From: Alphaproteobacteria bacterium
GTDB taxonomy: Bacteria; Pseudomonadota; Alphaproteobacteria; UBA6615
Assembly: GCA_965261975.1 (NCBI GenBank)
Contig: CBDHEC010000008.1
Location: 72,049-136,048, forward strand
Reading direction: 5' to 3'
Length of the DNA stretch: 64,000 bases
The notes beneath the pieces are model-generated. The model had not been told where the DNA came from, searched no databases, and saw only the letters and a list, made by a program, of their open reading frames with translations. The translations under genes and the position numbers were made by a program. The first letter of the stretch is position 1; each line of letters begins with the position of its first letter. Below, piece after piece: positions 40,187 to 50,656 of this stretch.

Positions 40187-41932
40187 ATGGATACGAAAAA
40201 CCTCATTCTCGCGATCGCGATGTCGCTCGCCATCCTTCTCGGCTGGCAGACTTTCGTTGAACAGCCGCAGCAGGCCGAGCGCCGGGCCGAACTTGAACGC
40301 CAGGAGCAGGCCGCCGGTCGCGACCCCGACACGATCGGTGTCCCGTCTGTCCCGTCCGCAAGCGGGGCGCAGACCGCCGTCGCCGCCGAGCCGCGCTCGC
40401 GCGAAGAGGTCATTGCCGAAACAGACAGGATCACGATCAACACGCCCGCCCTCAGCGGGACGATCAATCTGGTCGGCGGCCGTTTCGACGACCTGACCCT
40501 GCGCGAGTATCGCGACACGGTCGAACCGGACAGCCAGCTGATCAAGCTGCTGTCGCCGCGCGGTTCCGAAGACCCCTATTTCGCCGAGTTCGGCTGGTTG
40601 ACCGGTAACGGCACCGTCTCGGGTGGCGGGCAAACCCGTTGGGTCGCCAATCAGAAAGAGCTCACGCCGGAAACGCCTGTGGTTCTGACCACGCGTACCG
40701 ATGACGGGATGGTGCTCACACGCACCATCGCGGTTGATGACCATTTCATGTTCACCGTGACCGACCGCATACAGAACGCCAGCGGGGCACCTGTGAATGT
40801 CAGCCAGTTCGGCCGCATCACCCGGGTCAACGAGCCTGACACGCTCGGCTTCTTCATCTTGCACGAAGGGCCGATCGGTATCCTCGACGACACGCTGCAC
40901 GAGATCGACTATGACGACCTGGAGGATGAGCCCGAGGCACCGCAGGCCTTCGAGTCCGAAGGTGGCTGGCTCGGCTTTACCGATATTTACTGGCTGACGG
41001 CGCTTATCCCGGATCAGGACACGAAGATCGATGCGCGCTTCCTGTTCGACACCACGCCCAGCGGCGCCAACCTTTATCAGACCGACTACCGGGGCAACGC
41101 GATTGCCCTGGCACCCGGCGAGCTCGCCGAGGTGACCAGTCGTTTCTTCGCCGGCGCCAAGGTGTTCAACACGTTGACCGAGTATCGCGATAATCTCGGA
41201 ATCGAGCGGTTCGAGATGTCGATCGATTTCGGCTGGTTCTTCTTCCTGACCAAACCACTGCTCGACGTCATCATTTTCTTCGCCGAATGGCTGGGCAACT
41301 TCGGCCTGGCAATCCTGCTGGTGACAGTCATCATCAAGCTGTTCTTCTTCCCGCTCGCCAACAAGTCCTACAAATCGATGAGCGCCATGAAGGCCCTGCA
41401 GCCAAAGATGCAGGAGATGCGCGAGAAATACGCCGACGACAAACAGGGCATGCAGCGTGAGTTGATGGCGCTGTACAAGCGCGAGAAGGTCAACCCGGTA
41501 TCGGGCTGCCTGCCGATCGCACTCCAGATTCCGGTGTTCTTTGCGCTGTACAAGGTGCTGTTCATCTCCATCGAAATGCGTCACGCACCCTTCTTCGGCT
41601 GGGTGAAGGACCTGTCCGCGCCCGATCCGCTGAACATCCTAACCCTGTTCGGCGCCGTTCCCTGGGATGTCCCCTTCGGCCTCGCGCTGGGCGTCTGGCC
41701 GATCCTGATGGGCATCACCATGTTCCTGCAGCAGAAACTCAACCCGGCACCGGCCGATCCGGTGCAGGCCAAGATCTTCCTGCTCATGCCGGTATTCTTC
41801 ACCATCTTCCTGGCCAGTTTCCCGGTCGGGCTGGTGATCTACTGGACCTGGAACAACCTGCTCTCGATTACACAGCAATACGTCATCATGCGACGTATGG
41901 GCGTGTCTGTCGGCGGCGGGAAAACCAGCTGA
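40187..41932 (+). CDS. yidC: Membrane protein insertase YidC
   Basis: DFGWFFFLTKP, GNFGLAI, GCLPIALQIPVFFALY, DLSAPDP, YWTWNN. Confidence 0.97.
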   Translation: MDTKNLILAIAMSLAILLGWQTFVEQPQQAERRAELERQEQAAGRDPDTIGVPSVPSASGAQTAVAAEPRSREEVIAETDRITINTPALSGTINLVGGRFDDLTLREYRDTVEPDSQLIKLLSPRGSEDPYFAEFGWLTGNGTVSGGGQTRWVANQKELTPETPVVLTTRTDDGMVLTRTIAVDDHFMFTVTDRIQNASGAPVNVSQFGRITRVNEPDTLGFFILHEGPIGILDDTLHEIDYDDLEDEPEAPQAFESEGGWLGFTDIYWLTALIPDQDTKIDARFLFDTTPSGANLYQTDYRGNAIALAPGELAEVTSRFFAGAKVFNTLTEYRDNLGIERFEMSIDFGWFFFLTKPLLDVIIFFAEWLGNFGLAILLVTVIIKLFFFPLANKSYKSMSAMKALQPKMQEMREKYADDKQGMQRELMALYKREKVNPVSGCLPIALQIPVFFALYKVLFISIEMRHAPFFGWVKDLSAPDPLNILTLFGAVPWDVPFGLALGVWPILMGITMFLQQKLNPAPADPVQAKIFLLMPVFFTIFLASFPVGLVIYWTWNNLLSITQQYVIMRRMGVSVGGGKTS

Positions 41933-41945
41933 CGAACCCGGCGCC

Positions 41946-42596
41946 ATGACGGAACCGATCGGCGCAGCGGCCGACGCCGACCTCGCGGCGGCGCGACATT
42001 TGTTCGCGCAGGAATGCACCTTCGTGCGCGGCGTGGCGCGCCTGCCCGATTTGCCCGATCCGTCATTACCCGAGATCGCTTTCGCCGGACGCTCGAATGT
42101 CGGCAAGTCGAGCCTGTTGAATGCGCTGACCAATCGCAAGACCCTGGCCCGAACCAGCAACACGCCCGGCCGGACCCGCGAGTTGAACTTTTTCGACCTC
42201 GCCGGCCGCCTGATGATGGTCGACTTGCCCGGCTACGGATATGCCCGCGCACCGAAGACCGAGATCGCCCGCTGGAACACGACCTTACGCGATTATCTGC
42301 GCGGCCGCCCCAACCTGCAGCGGCTCTGTCTGCTGGTGGATTCACGCCGCGGGATCAAGGATGGCGACCTTGAGATGATGGCCATGCTGGACACCTCGGC
42401 AGTCGTTTATCGGGTAGTCCTGACCAAGGCCGATAAACTCAAACCCGACGAGCAGGCGCGCCTGGTCGAGGCCGTGGCCGCGGAAATGAAGAAACACCCT
42501 GCAGCGTTGCCCGACCCCATTGTCACCAGTTCGCGCAAAAGCATTGGAATCGACGAACTGCAGGTAGATTTAGCCGCGCTGGCGGATGCGGGTTGA
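41946..42596 (+). CDS. engB: Ribosome biogenesis GTPase YihA/YsxC
   Basis: EIAFAGRSNVGKSSLLN, TPGRT, DLPGYG, TKADK. Confidence 0.96.
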   Translation: MTEPIGAAADADLAAARHLFAQECTFVRGVARLPDLPDPSLPEIAFAGRSNVGKSSLLNALTNRKTLARTSNTPGRTRELNFFDLAGRLMMVDLPGYGYARAPKTEIARWNTTLRDYLRGRPNLQRLCLLVDSRRGIKDGDLEMMAMLDTSAVVYRVVLTKADKLKPDEQARLVEAVAAEMKKHPAALPDPIVTSSRKSIGIDELQVDLAALADAG

Positions 42597-42656
42597 TTTG
42601 GGCTAAGTTCCCGCCGGTCGCCAACCAAGCAAAGACTGCAAAAACAAACGGATAGC

Positions 42657-43568
42657 ATGATGGCTCAAGACAACGCGCCAGCACCCGAGGAATTGCTCGC
42701 CAAGGCAGGTGTTCTGGCCGAGGCGCTTCCCTACATGCGCCAGTTCAATGGCCGGCGATTCGTCATTAAGTATGGCGGACACGCGATGGGGGATACCGCA
42801 CTTGCGAGCGCATTTGCGCGCGACATCGTGCTGCTGAAACAGGTCGGCATCGAGCCGGTGATCGTGCATGGCGGCGGGCCGCAGATCGGGGCGATGCTCG
42901 AGCGGCTCAAGATCAAAAGCGAGTTCATCGATGGCCTGCGTGTGACCGATGAGGCAACCGTCGAAATCGTCGAGATGGTTCTGTCCGGCTCGATCAACAA
43001 GCAGATCGTGTCCGCCATCAACGCCGCCGGCGGCCGGGCCGTTGGCCTGTCCGGCAAGGACGGCGGCCTGATGTCCGTCCGTAAGTTGCGGCGCACCCGG
43101 CGCGAAACAGATTCGAATATCGAGAAAATTCTCGACCTCGGCTTCGTTGGCGAACCATCTCGGGTCGACCCCGAACTGCTGACCACGCTGACCAAGTCAG
43201 ACATCATCCCGGTTATTGCGCCGATCGGTATCGGCGACGACGGCGCGACATACAACGTCAACGCCGACACGGCCGCGGGCGCCATTGCCTCCGCGCTTGA
43301 GGCCACGCGTCTGCTCATGTTGACCGATGTCACCGGCGTGATGGGCAAGGACGGCGAGCTGATCGCCGACATGGGCGTGGACCACGCCCGTCAACTGATC
43401 GCCGACGGCACCATCAACGGCGGCATGATCCCGAAGGTGGAAACCTGCATCGATGCAGTCGAGAAAGACGTCGAGGCGTCGGTCATCATGGACGGCCGCG
43501 CCGCGCACTCATTGCTGATCGAGATCTTCACGGAGCATGGTCTCGGCACGGCGATCTGGGCGGCCTGA
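42657..43568 (+). CDS. argB: Acetylglutamate kinase
   Basis: [35 protein letters not shown]. Confidence 0.97.
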   Translation: MMAQDNAPAPEELLAKAGVLAEALPYMRQFNGRRFVIKYGGHAMGDTALASAFARDIVLLKQVGIEPVIVHGGGPQIGAMLERLKIKSEFIDGLRVTDEATVEIVEMVLSGSINKQIVSAINAAGGRAVGLSGKDGGLMSVRKLRRTRRETDSNIEKILDLGFVGEPSRVDPELLTTLTKSDIIPVIAPIGIGDDGATYNVNADTAAGAIASALEATRLLMLTDVTGVMGKDGELIADMGVDHARQLIADGTINGGMIPKVETCIDAVEKDVEASVIMDGRAAHSLLIEIFTEHGLGTAIWAA

Positions 43569-43598
43569 CCGCAGCCGAAACACGCCGCGTCAGACGGC

Positions 43599-44762
43599 TC
43601 AGGCCGAGACGCGCAGGTTGCCGACGGCCGAGCGGCGCATATCAAACAGAATCGAAAGCGTGTCGGTCAGTTCGTTGAATTGTTCGTAGCGTAGCCGTTT
43701 CCCATAGGTATCGATGGTCTTCGACCAGATATTGAGGGCGTGCACATTCGCGCTCAGACAGGTCGCCAGGTTCGTGTAGTCCTCATCGGCCGTCGACAGG
43801 AAATCCTTGAACGCGCGCGGCTGGTTATCATTGATAAACGCTCGATAGCTCTGCTCGTAGTTGCCCAGAACCAGTTTGATGCTGCGATAGGTGTCGCGCA
43901 CCTTGTCGCGCAGCCCGAGCAGGGAATACTCGACCCGGTCTCTGTCATCGGGCATCAGCCGCACCCAGTCCACGGGAATGGCGAGCTTGTCGTCACCCAG
44001 CCACGAAAAGAAGGATTTCATCTGCGGCAGGAAATCTTCGAACTGAACCTGATAGTAACAAATCGCCTTCCAGGCGAAGAACAGTTCCGGCGCACGGTCT
44101 TCGGGAATATCCATGCTGCGCACGAAATCCTCGATCCCCTCAATGTCCTTGGCCTCCCATATCTTGGACAGGAAACGCGAGACATGCTGTTCCATTTTCT
44201 CCACCGAGACATCACCCTCGCCCGTGTAGGCGCGGCGCACCAGCGTGCGGATTTTGGTGCGAATGGGAGAACGAATTCGCTTCCAGTCTTCTTCACTGAT
44301 GTTGAAGTAGAAGGGGTGGATGCGGTCGTCGAGGTCGAGCTGTTCGGATTTACTCTTCAACAGAAACGGGTCGAGGGTCGGCAGGGAATAGATCATCTCG
44401 AGGATTTCCAGGTCCATCACATAGTCGACCTGGCTTTCCTCGCTTTTCGAATCCGCCCCGGTCTTCACGCGAAGCATTCGGTTGAAACCGGGATCGTCGA
44501 ACAGAATCGAATCGCCGCCCTCGTAGACGTTCCCCAGATTGTAAGGGAAGTACATCAGCGTCTGCACGGTCGAGACCGTGTGATACTGGGTCTCGTTGCG
44601 TTCCATGATTTTGAAGAAAAGGGTTTCGTTCAGGGTCTTGTTACGGAACAGCCTGCCGACAGGGTCGCTCGCCGGAATCCGCCGTCCGATGTCATAAACA
44701 TTGAACGCGGTCGAGCGACCGGCGTTGATGACCTTCGAAAGCGAGCCACGGTCCATCGGCAT
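43599..44762 (-). CDS. Hypothetical protein (387 aa), last gene of the c-di-GMP/DUF2336 operon
   Basis: Long ORF with normal codon bias; LPTLDPFLL and FAWKAICYY blocks; no function recognised. Confidence 0.8.
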   Translation of the reverse strand: MPMDRGSLSKVINAGRSTAFNVYDIGRRIPASDPVGRLFRNKTLNETLFFKIMERNETQYHTVSTVQTLMYFPYNLGNVYEGGDSILFDDPGFNRMLRVKTGADSKSEESQVDYVMDLEILEMIYSLPTLDPFLLKSKSEQLDLDDRIHPFYFNISEEDWKRIRSPIRTKIRTLVRRAYTGEGDVSVEKMEQHVSRFLSKIWEAKDIEGIEDFVRSMDIPEDRAPELFFAWKAICYYQVQFEDFLPQMKSFFSWLGDDKLAIPVDWVRLMPDDRDRVEYSLLGLRDKVRDTYRSIKLVLGNYEQSYRAFINDNQPRAFKDFLSTADEDYTNLATCLSANVHALNIWSKTIDTYGKRLRYEQFNELTDTLSILFDMRRSAVGNLRVSA

Positions 44763-44791
44763 TGTGAGGGTTCCTCTCTCCAGCTACAGCG

Positions 44792-46201
44792 TCAGCCACC
44801 GTCGGCCATGCCGGCGACAAACTCGAGCTGCCAGTTCATCTCTTCGGGAGAGATGGGGTAGCCGTCGGACGCGGTGGCGCGAAGCACACCGCTCGGGGGG
44901 ATCTTGGCGAGGTTCATTTGCAACCGCGTGGCAAGGCGCATCGACAGTCCGGATTTCCAGGCAAGCGCCACGAGCGCCTTGGCGTTCTGCAGAGACGCGG
45001 CTTTTCGCACGACATCATTCGGCACTTCGGCGAGAAGCGAAATCGCGACAATCACGAAATCAGTTTCACCACCATTGAGCGCGGCCGATACATGCTTTTC
45101 GGCGAGCGACCCCTTCTTGTGCAATTTGGTCGCGCGCTTGACCTGCGCCGGATTCATCTCGGGCTGTTTCTTGGTTGCCCAAGTGGGATCCGATTTTTTG
45201 TCGGCGGCAGCGCTCGAGCCGGAATCTCCCTTCGACTTTGCCCAGTTCGGATCCTCGACACCTGCGGTGTCCTTCGAGCCGTTCGGCTTATCGGACCAGA
45301 TTTCCGCGAGATCCTCGATCGATCGACCATCCAGCCGCCGCTGGATGACAAGGTCGATCGCGGCCACGGACCCATCATCCAGATCGGTCCGCTTCTTGAG
45401 TTCCACCAGCAATGTCTCGGAAACGATATCCGCAATCCGCCGCATGGCGTCGACATGCAGGCCAGGTCGCTGAACCAAGGGCCCGTGCCAACCTGGCTGA
45501 CCCGGGGCCTCGTCGACAATCCGATCGAGCGTCTCTTCGCGAATTTGCGCACTGTCATTGCCAAGCAATTCAGCGACCGCTTCTGCGTCCCCGGAGTTGA
45601 CGATCGCATCTGCCACTTCCTCGCCCAATGCGACGCGCCGCGAGATGGCCTTCAGCGCACCCTGCACCGGCTCGCTGTTGAGTACCCGGATCAGAAATTC
45701 GTCGTCCAGGATGGGTGAGTTTTCGAGGACCAGCCCGCTCACGGTCAGTTCCCGATCCATCGCCAGCATCTCGACGATATGAACCGGCGCTCCAGGACTG
45801 TCTTTCAGGGTTTCCGCCAGAATCTGACGCACACGAACCAGCTGATCGCCGGCCAATATCTCCAAAGCCTGCATCGTGACCTTGTAGACGTTGGTCTACT
45901 CGCTTTCATCCAGGGTCAGCGATGACGTCGCGATCTTGCCGGCCACGTCAGAACGAACCCGGTCATCATCGTCCTGGGCCAGCATGAGATCGGCATGACG
46001 CGGGGTCAGATCATTCTGTGCGATTTGCCGGCGTACACCAGGATCCGGGTCTCCCGCCAGGTAGTAGAGAATCTCGGGGCGAACATCTTCACGCCCGGCC
46101 AGATCACGCCTTTCATCATGACTCCCATCGCGCGCCATGCGTTTCTGGTCGTCATAGGTGATCATGTTGTCCGGATCTGCGTTGATCTGTGCATCGGTCA
46201 T
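44792..46201 (-). pseudogene. DUF2336 domain protein interrupted by an in-frame TAG at 45896-45898
   Basis: RPEILYYLAGD..P.VR...LDESE*TNVYKVTMQALEILAGDQLVRVR...VLENSPIL...LLGNDSAQIREETLD...ALAWKSGLSMR; both ORFs share a frame. Confidence 0.82.
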
Positions 46202-47976
46202 CGCTCCGCGCCTCCACCAAGCGGCGCGACCGCTTCCCTTTCTGCCGAAGCACCGTCGTCACACGCGCCCGTCAGATCATTAGTTTGTCCCGCGACGGCC
46301 CAGTCGTTCTTGCCGTTCTTCTTTGCCGCATACATCGCATCATCCGCGCGAATGAGAAGGTTCCGCAAAGATTCGTCGGAGGCCGGATCAAAGCGTGCGA
46401 GCCCGATCGACGCCCCGAGCGGTTTTGCGGGATCGCCGGATCGATCGGCCAAATGCGACAGCATCGCCAGAAGCTCGTCAGCGCGCTTTGTCGCGCTATC
46501 GAGATCGAGATCATTGAGCCAGATCGCAAACTCATCACCGCCGATCCGGGCAACCAGGTCGTATATTCGACTGCAAGACGTCAGGATGTCGGAAATGTCG
46601 CACAAGACCGTGTCACCGGCCTCGTGGCCGCGATTGTCATTGATGGTCTTGAAGTTATCGAGATCGATGTACAACAGCACACCTGGTCTTTCCTCGCGCA
46701 CCGCGCGCGCCATGGCCGCCTCGAGCCCGTCATGGAATGCACGCCGGTTCATCAGTCCGGTCAGGCCGTCGGTCTTCGACATACTTTCGAGTTCACGCTG
46801 GTCGGCGATCTGGCGCATGGCAATCGCGAGCTGTCCAGAGACGGCACTCAGTATGGCATGCTCATCCTCGTGCCAGTGCGGTGCCATGATATTGCGCATC
46901 AGCAAAACCGACCCGTTGACGGCCCCGTGGTACCAGGTCCGGCGACCAAACACGCGATACTCACCAAAATCCGCTTCGAACGTATCGCCGCCATCCGTCA
47001 GATGCGCGGCCAGATGTGACGCATCGATTGTCTCGGGCCAGCTCCCATGGGTCGCCAGGATCCGCCACCCCTCTTCCGGCGCATAGCTCATGACGGCCGC
47101 CTCGGAAGACGTGGCACGCCCGAGCATGGATGCGGCTGATTCGAGCATCGCCTGTGGCCGTGCTTCCTCGCGCACCTGATTGACGATATAGGCGACGACC
47201 TGCTCGCGCACCTTCGACTGGGCAAGTTCGCTGTCACGCAGGCGTTCATGCGTTACATCGCGGCACAGGCCGCGCGCGCCGAGCCACACCCCCTCGGGTC
47301 CAACAACCGGAACCGCGGAAGCCAGAAGGCACGCCTCGTTATTCTCGATATCCCGCAACCATACTTGCTCCTGCACGATGGGCTGGCGCGCCTGGAAGGG
47401 CAGTTCGACATTGGTCGCTCCGGACTCGACGAGAAACTCGTCCGGACACCGGCCCAGCAAATCCTCCGGCGAATACCCGAGTGCGCCATGTGGCGACACA
47501 AAAACGAACCGGCCCTCGGCGTCGGTCTCCCAGGCAAAATCGCTCGAGATGGTCACCAGATCACGGTAGCGCTGGCGGGATTCGAACAGCGCCTGACGAA
47601 TATTGACGTCATAGGTATTGTCACGTGCGAGGACGAACACACGATCGCCGGTAGCTGGCAACGCCATGCAGTCGAACCAGCGCGTTGTGCCTTCGACCGA
47701 GACCTCGACCTTGTCGCTCACACTACCCTGTGTCTGATGCGCGAGCGTGACGAGACCGACGACCGGTGACCCGACTTTCTTCATCGATTCGCGCGCGACA
47801 TGCGCGCCCATATCGTTGGCACCGATAACGATGCCGTTGGCGGCAAACTCGATCACCGCACCGGGCCAGCCGGCAAGCGCGCGATCCATCCCGTCCATGT
47901 TCGGGAATGGCAAATCTTTCCAGAAATCGGGATTGCTGGGGAACGCAACCACGGGGCTCGCATCCATCGGGCTCAT
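46198..47976 (-). CDS. Diguanylate cyclase (PAS-GAF-GGDEF)
   Basis: SDFAWETD PAS, DGLTGLMNRR, DLDNFK.IND..GH..GD, RIYD I-site, intact GGDEF; ATG 47976 overlaps the upstream TGA. Confidence 0.94.
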   Translation of the reverse strand: MSPMDASPVVAFPSNPDFWKDLPFPNMDGMDRALAGWPGAVIEFAANGIVIGANDMGAHVARESMKKVGSPVVGLVTLAHQTQGSVSDKVEVSVEGTTRWFDCMALPATGDRVFVLARDNTYDVNIRQALFESRQRYRDLVTISSDFAWETDAEGRFVFVSPHGALGYSPEDLLGRCPDEFLVESGATNVELPFQARQPIVQEQVWLRDIENNEACLLASAVPVVGPEGVWLGARGLCRDVTHERLRDSELAQSKVREQVVAYIVNQVREEARPQAMLESAASMLGRATSSEAAVMSYAPEEGWRILATHGSWPETIDASHLAAHLTDGGDTFEADFGEYRVFGRRTWYHGAVNGSVLLMRNIMAPHWHEDEHAILSAVSGQLAIAMRQIADQRELESMSKTDGLTGLMNRRAFHDGLEAAMARAVREERPGVLLYIDLDNFKTINDNRGHEAGDTVLCDISDILTSCSRIYDLVARIGGDEFAIWLNDLDLDSATKRADELLAMLSHLADRSGDPAKPLGASIGLARFDPASDESLRNLLIRADDAMYAAKKNGKNDWAVAGQTNDLTGACDDGASAEREAVAPLGGGAER

Positions 47977-49698
47977 TCCGCCGCCTCCAGTGCCGCTTTC
48001 TTCTCGGGCGTGAAGGAAATCGGACGCGGGCTTTGAAACGATGTGATCAGCTTGTCCGGTCTGCCATAGAGATACCCTTGGCCGTAATCGATGCCGCACT
48101 CGCGCACGAGATCAGCCACGCTCTCCTCTTCGATCATCTCCGCAACGGTGGTCACACCCAGGTCCCGGCACATGCTGGCCATGGCTTTCAACAGGGCCTT
48201 GCCGCGCTTGTTGTTGATCGCATCGATGACGTAAGCGCCGTCGATCTTGACGCAATCGACATGCAAGGCGCTGAGATACTGGAAGGCCGACACACCGGCG
48301 CCGAAATCATCCAGACACACCACATGACCGGCCTGCCGCAGCGCCTGAATGATCTTGTCTGCGGCCTCCAGATCGTGAAGCTTGGCCGATTCAGTGACTT
48401 CGAAAAGGATGAACTCGCGCGCGGTGGAAAATTCATCAAGCAGGTCGATCAGGCTCTGAACAAATGTCGGCGTGCTGGGGGATCGTCCCGAGATATTCGC
48501 GGCGACCATATAGCGGTAGCCTTGCCCGTTGATCTCATCGAGCCAGGTCAGGACCTTGCGGCACATCGCCAGGTCGAAATCACAGATGATCCCGACCTCT
48601 TCCGCGAAGGTGACAAACTCAAACGGGGTCGCTTCGAAATTCTCGTGATCGAAACGTACCAGCGCCTCGAAATGATGCGGCCGGCCGGTTTTCATGTCGC
48701 AGATGGGCTGGAACGCGACATCGAAAGCGCCCTTCTGAATCATATCGACGAACTTGTTGCGCCGCTCGACCGTGTCGGACGCCAGGCTGCTAAAGCCCTC
48801 GGACAGCTCGCGGACGGTGAAATCTCCCACCGTCTCGTCACAGAACTTGTTGATCGTATAAACAAGCGCTTTCGCGGTATCCGCCTCGCTCATGATCCCC
48901 GGCTGGACATCGACCGTGGCCGCCTCGACGGACAGGCCCTCGCCCTGTGGATCAACCTCACGCGCATAGGATTCGATCTGGTCGGACATCGGCATGCATG
49001 TCGTGGACCACGCCAAAGCGATTGTCGTCCAGCTGGCCCGCGAGATCACCATGCAGCGAATTCGCCCGAAACATGGAACCCATCGTCGCGGACAACTCGT
49101 CTTGCGCTTCCTCGGTCAGGCGCTCGCGGAGCTCATCATAGTCGCCCAGCTCGATCATCGTGAGCTGGCAATCCTCGCCCTCGGTTCCGGCCTCGGAGAG
49201 GACCCGCGTCGCAACTTCGGCGAACGAGCCCTTGTCGTAGACCTCCATGCCCTCGACGCGAACCGCGTCCTCATCGGCGATCGGAATGACCGATTGCTTT
49301 ACCCTGAACGACAAATAGGTGTGGCCACCCAGGTCACTCATATGGAAGCCGCTCAGGTTCAGGACAACGGACTGGCCCGTCGGCGTGCAAAACGTAATCA
49401 GCGCGTCGTCTATCAGCGTGCCGGCGCGCGCATCCCGCAACAGCCGGTCAAGCTTTCTCTTGTCGGCTTCATGAACGAGATCTTTCAGACGCGCGCCCTT
49501 GAGGTCTTCGGCGTCGCTGCCGGTGAAAGCTTTCGTCGCGCCGACCGCAAAGGTTACTTCCCCGGTAACGTCGACTTCGAAAAGCAGGTCCGCATTACAG
49601 AATGCGAGCGCGACGAACCGGTCACGCTCGGCACGCAAATCGCCCACATCCCGGCGCGCGTCGTCAGACATACTCAATTTCTCCGGGGATTGACTCAA
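47973..49698 (-). pseudogene. PAS / degenerate GGDEF / EAL c-di-GMP phosphodiesterase, frameshifted near 48985
   Basis: The N-terminal frame reads ...GQLDDNRFGVVHDMHADV, then DQIESYAREVDP...FQPI...HFEALVR...FEVTES...LDDFGAG...KIDG...VAEMIE...QGYL continues in another frame. Confidence 0.82.
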
Positions 49699-49786
49699 TC
49701 CCTTGTCTCCGGTTCGTTTCAGCGACCTGCGCGACGTTATTCACACGCAGATAAATTCAAAGCGGTGCGATCCTACCGCCACCGCG

Positions 49787-49802
49787 GTTAACGAAGTCTT
49801 AT
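49787..49802 (-). promoter_or_regulatory. CtrA-like box ATAA-N7-TTAAC
   Basis: One mismatch to TTAA-N7-TTAAC, about 90 bp upstream of the EAL gene in a GC-rich background. Confidence 0.5.
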
Positions 49803-49857
49803 TGGCGCCGTCGGGTTCTTGCCCCGTCACGCCCGGAATCCCGGGGTTAAGGAACAT

Positions 49858-50547
49858 ATGAAACCGATTGCGAAACTGAAGGAGACGGAAAGCTGGATTT
49901 TCGATCTCGACAACACGCTCTACCCCGCGTCCACGGGGCTCATGGCGGAGGTGTCGTCGCGGATGACGATGTTCGTCGCGGACCTGCTGAATGTCGAAGC
50001 CGAAGTCGCGCTGGTTGAGCAGAAGCGCATGTTCCGCGAACACGGAACCACATTGCGCGGCCTGATGAACGACCATGCCGTCGATCCGACCGCGTTCATG
50101 GACTATGTGCATGCAGTGGACTACGGACTGGTCGACGAGAACCCACGCCTGTCACAAGTCTTGCGCAGCCTGCCGGGGCAGAAAATCGTCCACACAAACG
50201 CCTCGGTACCGCATGCCGAGACGGTGCTCGACCGCCTCGGTATCGCGGATGCTTTCTCGGGCATTTTCGATGTCGCGGCCGCAGACTATGTACCCAAGCC
50301 GAACCCTCGCCCCTACGACCTCCTGGCGTCGCGCCACGGGGTCGACCCGTCGCGGGCGGTCATGGTCGAGGATATCGCACACAATCTGGAACCCGCCGCC
50401 GCGATGGGCATGACCACGGTCTGGGTCCGCGCCGACGGGCCGGTCGATGCCTATTGGGCAGCACCATCCGAAGACGATGATTACGTGCACCACCAGACCG
50501 ACGACCTGATCGGATGGCTGGAAAGCGTCGCGGCACATGACCAATGA
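49858..50547 (+). CDS. Pyrimidine 5'-nucleotidase (HAD superfamily)
   Basis: WIFDLDNTLYP, HGTTLRGL, TNA, PKP, MVEDIAHNL.PA. Confidence 0.92.
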   Translation: MKPIAKLKETESWIFDLDNTLYPASTGLMAEVSSRMTMFVADLLNVEAEVALVEQKRMFREHGTTLRGLMNDHAVDPTAFMDYVHAVDYGLVDENPRLSQVLRSLPGQKIVHTNASVPHAETVLDRLGIADAFSGIFDVAAADYVPKPNPRPYDLLASRHGVDPSRAVMVEDIAHNLEPAAAMGMTTVWVRADGPVDAYWAAPSEDDDYVHHQTDDLIGWLESVAAHDQ

Positions 50548-50656
50548 ACAGGCTCAAGCGCGTTGACATCGGGGCCTGACCGCCGCCATCTTCGCGCCGC
50601 CAGTTCAACGACACAGAAACACAGGCCCCAACAGGGCGCACTGACAGGAAAAAGCA

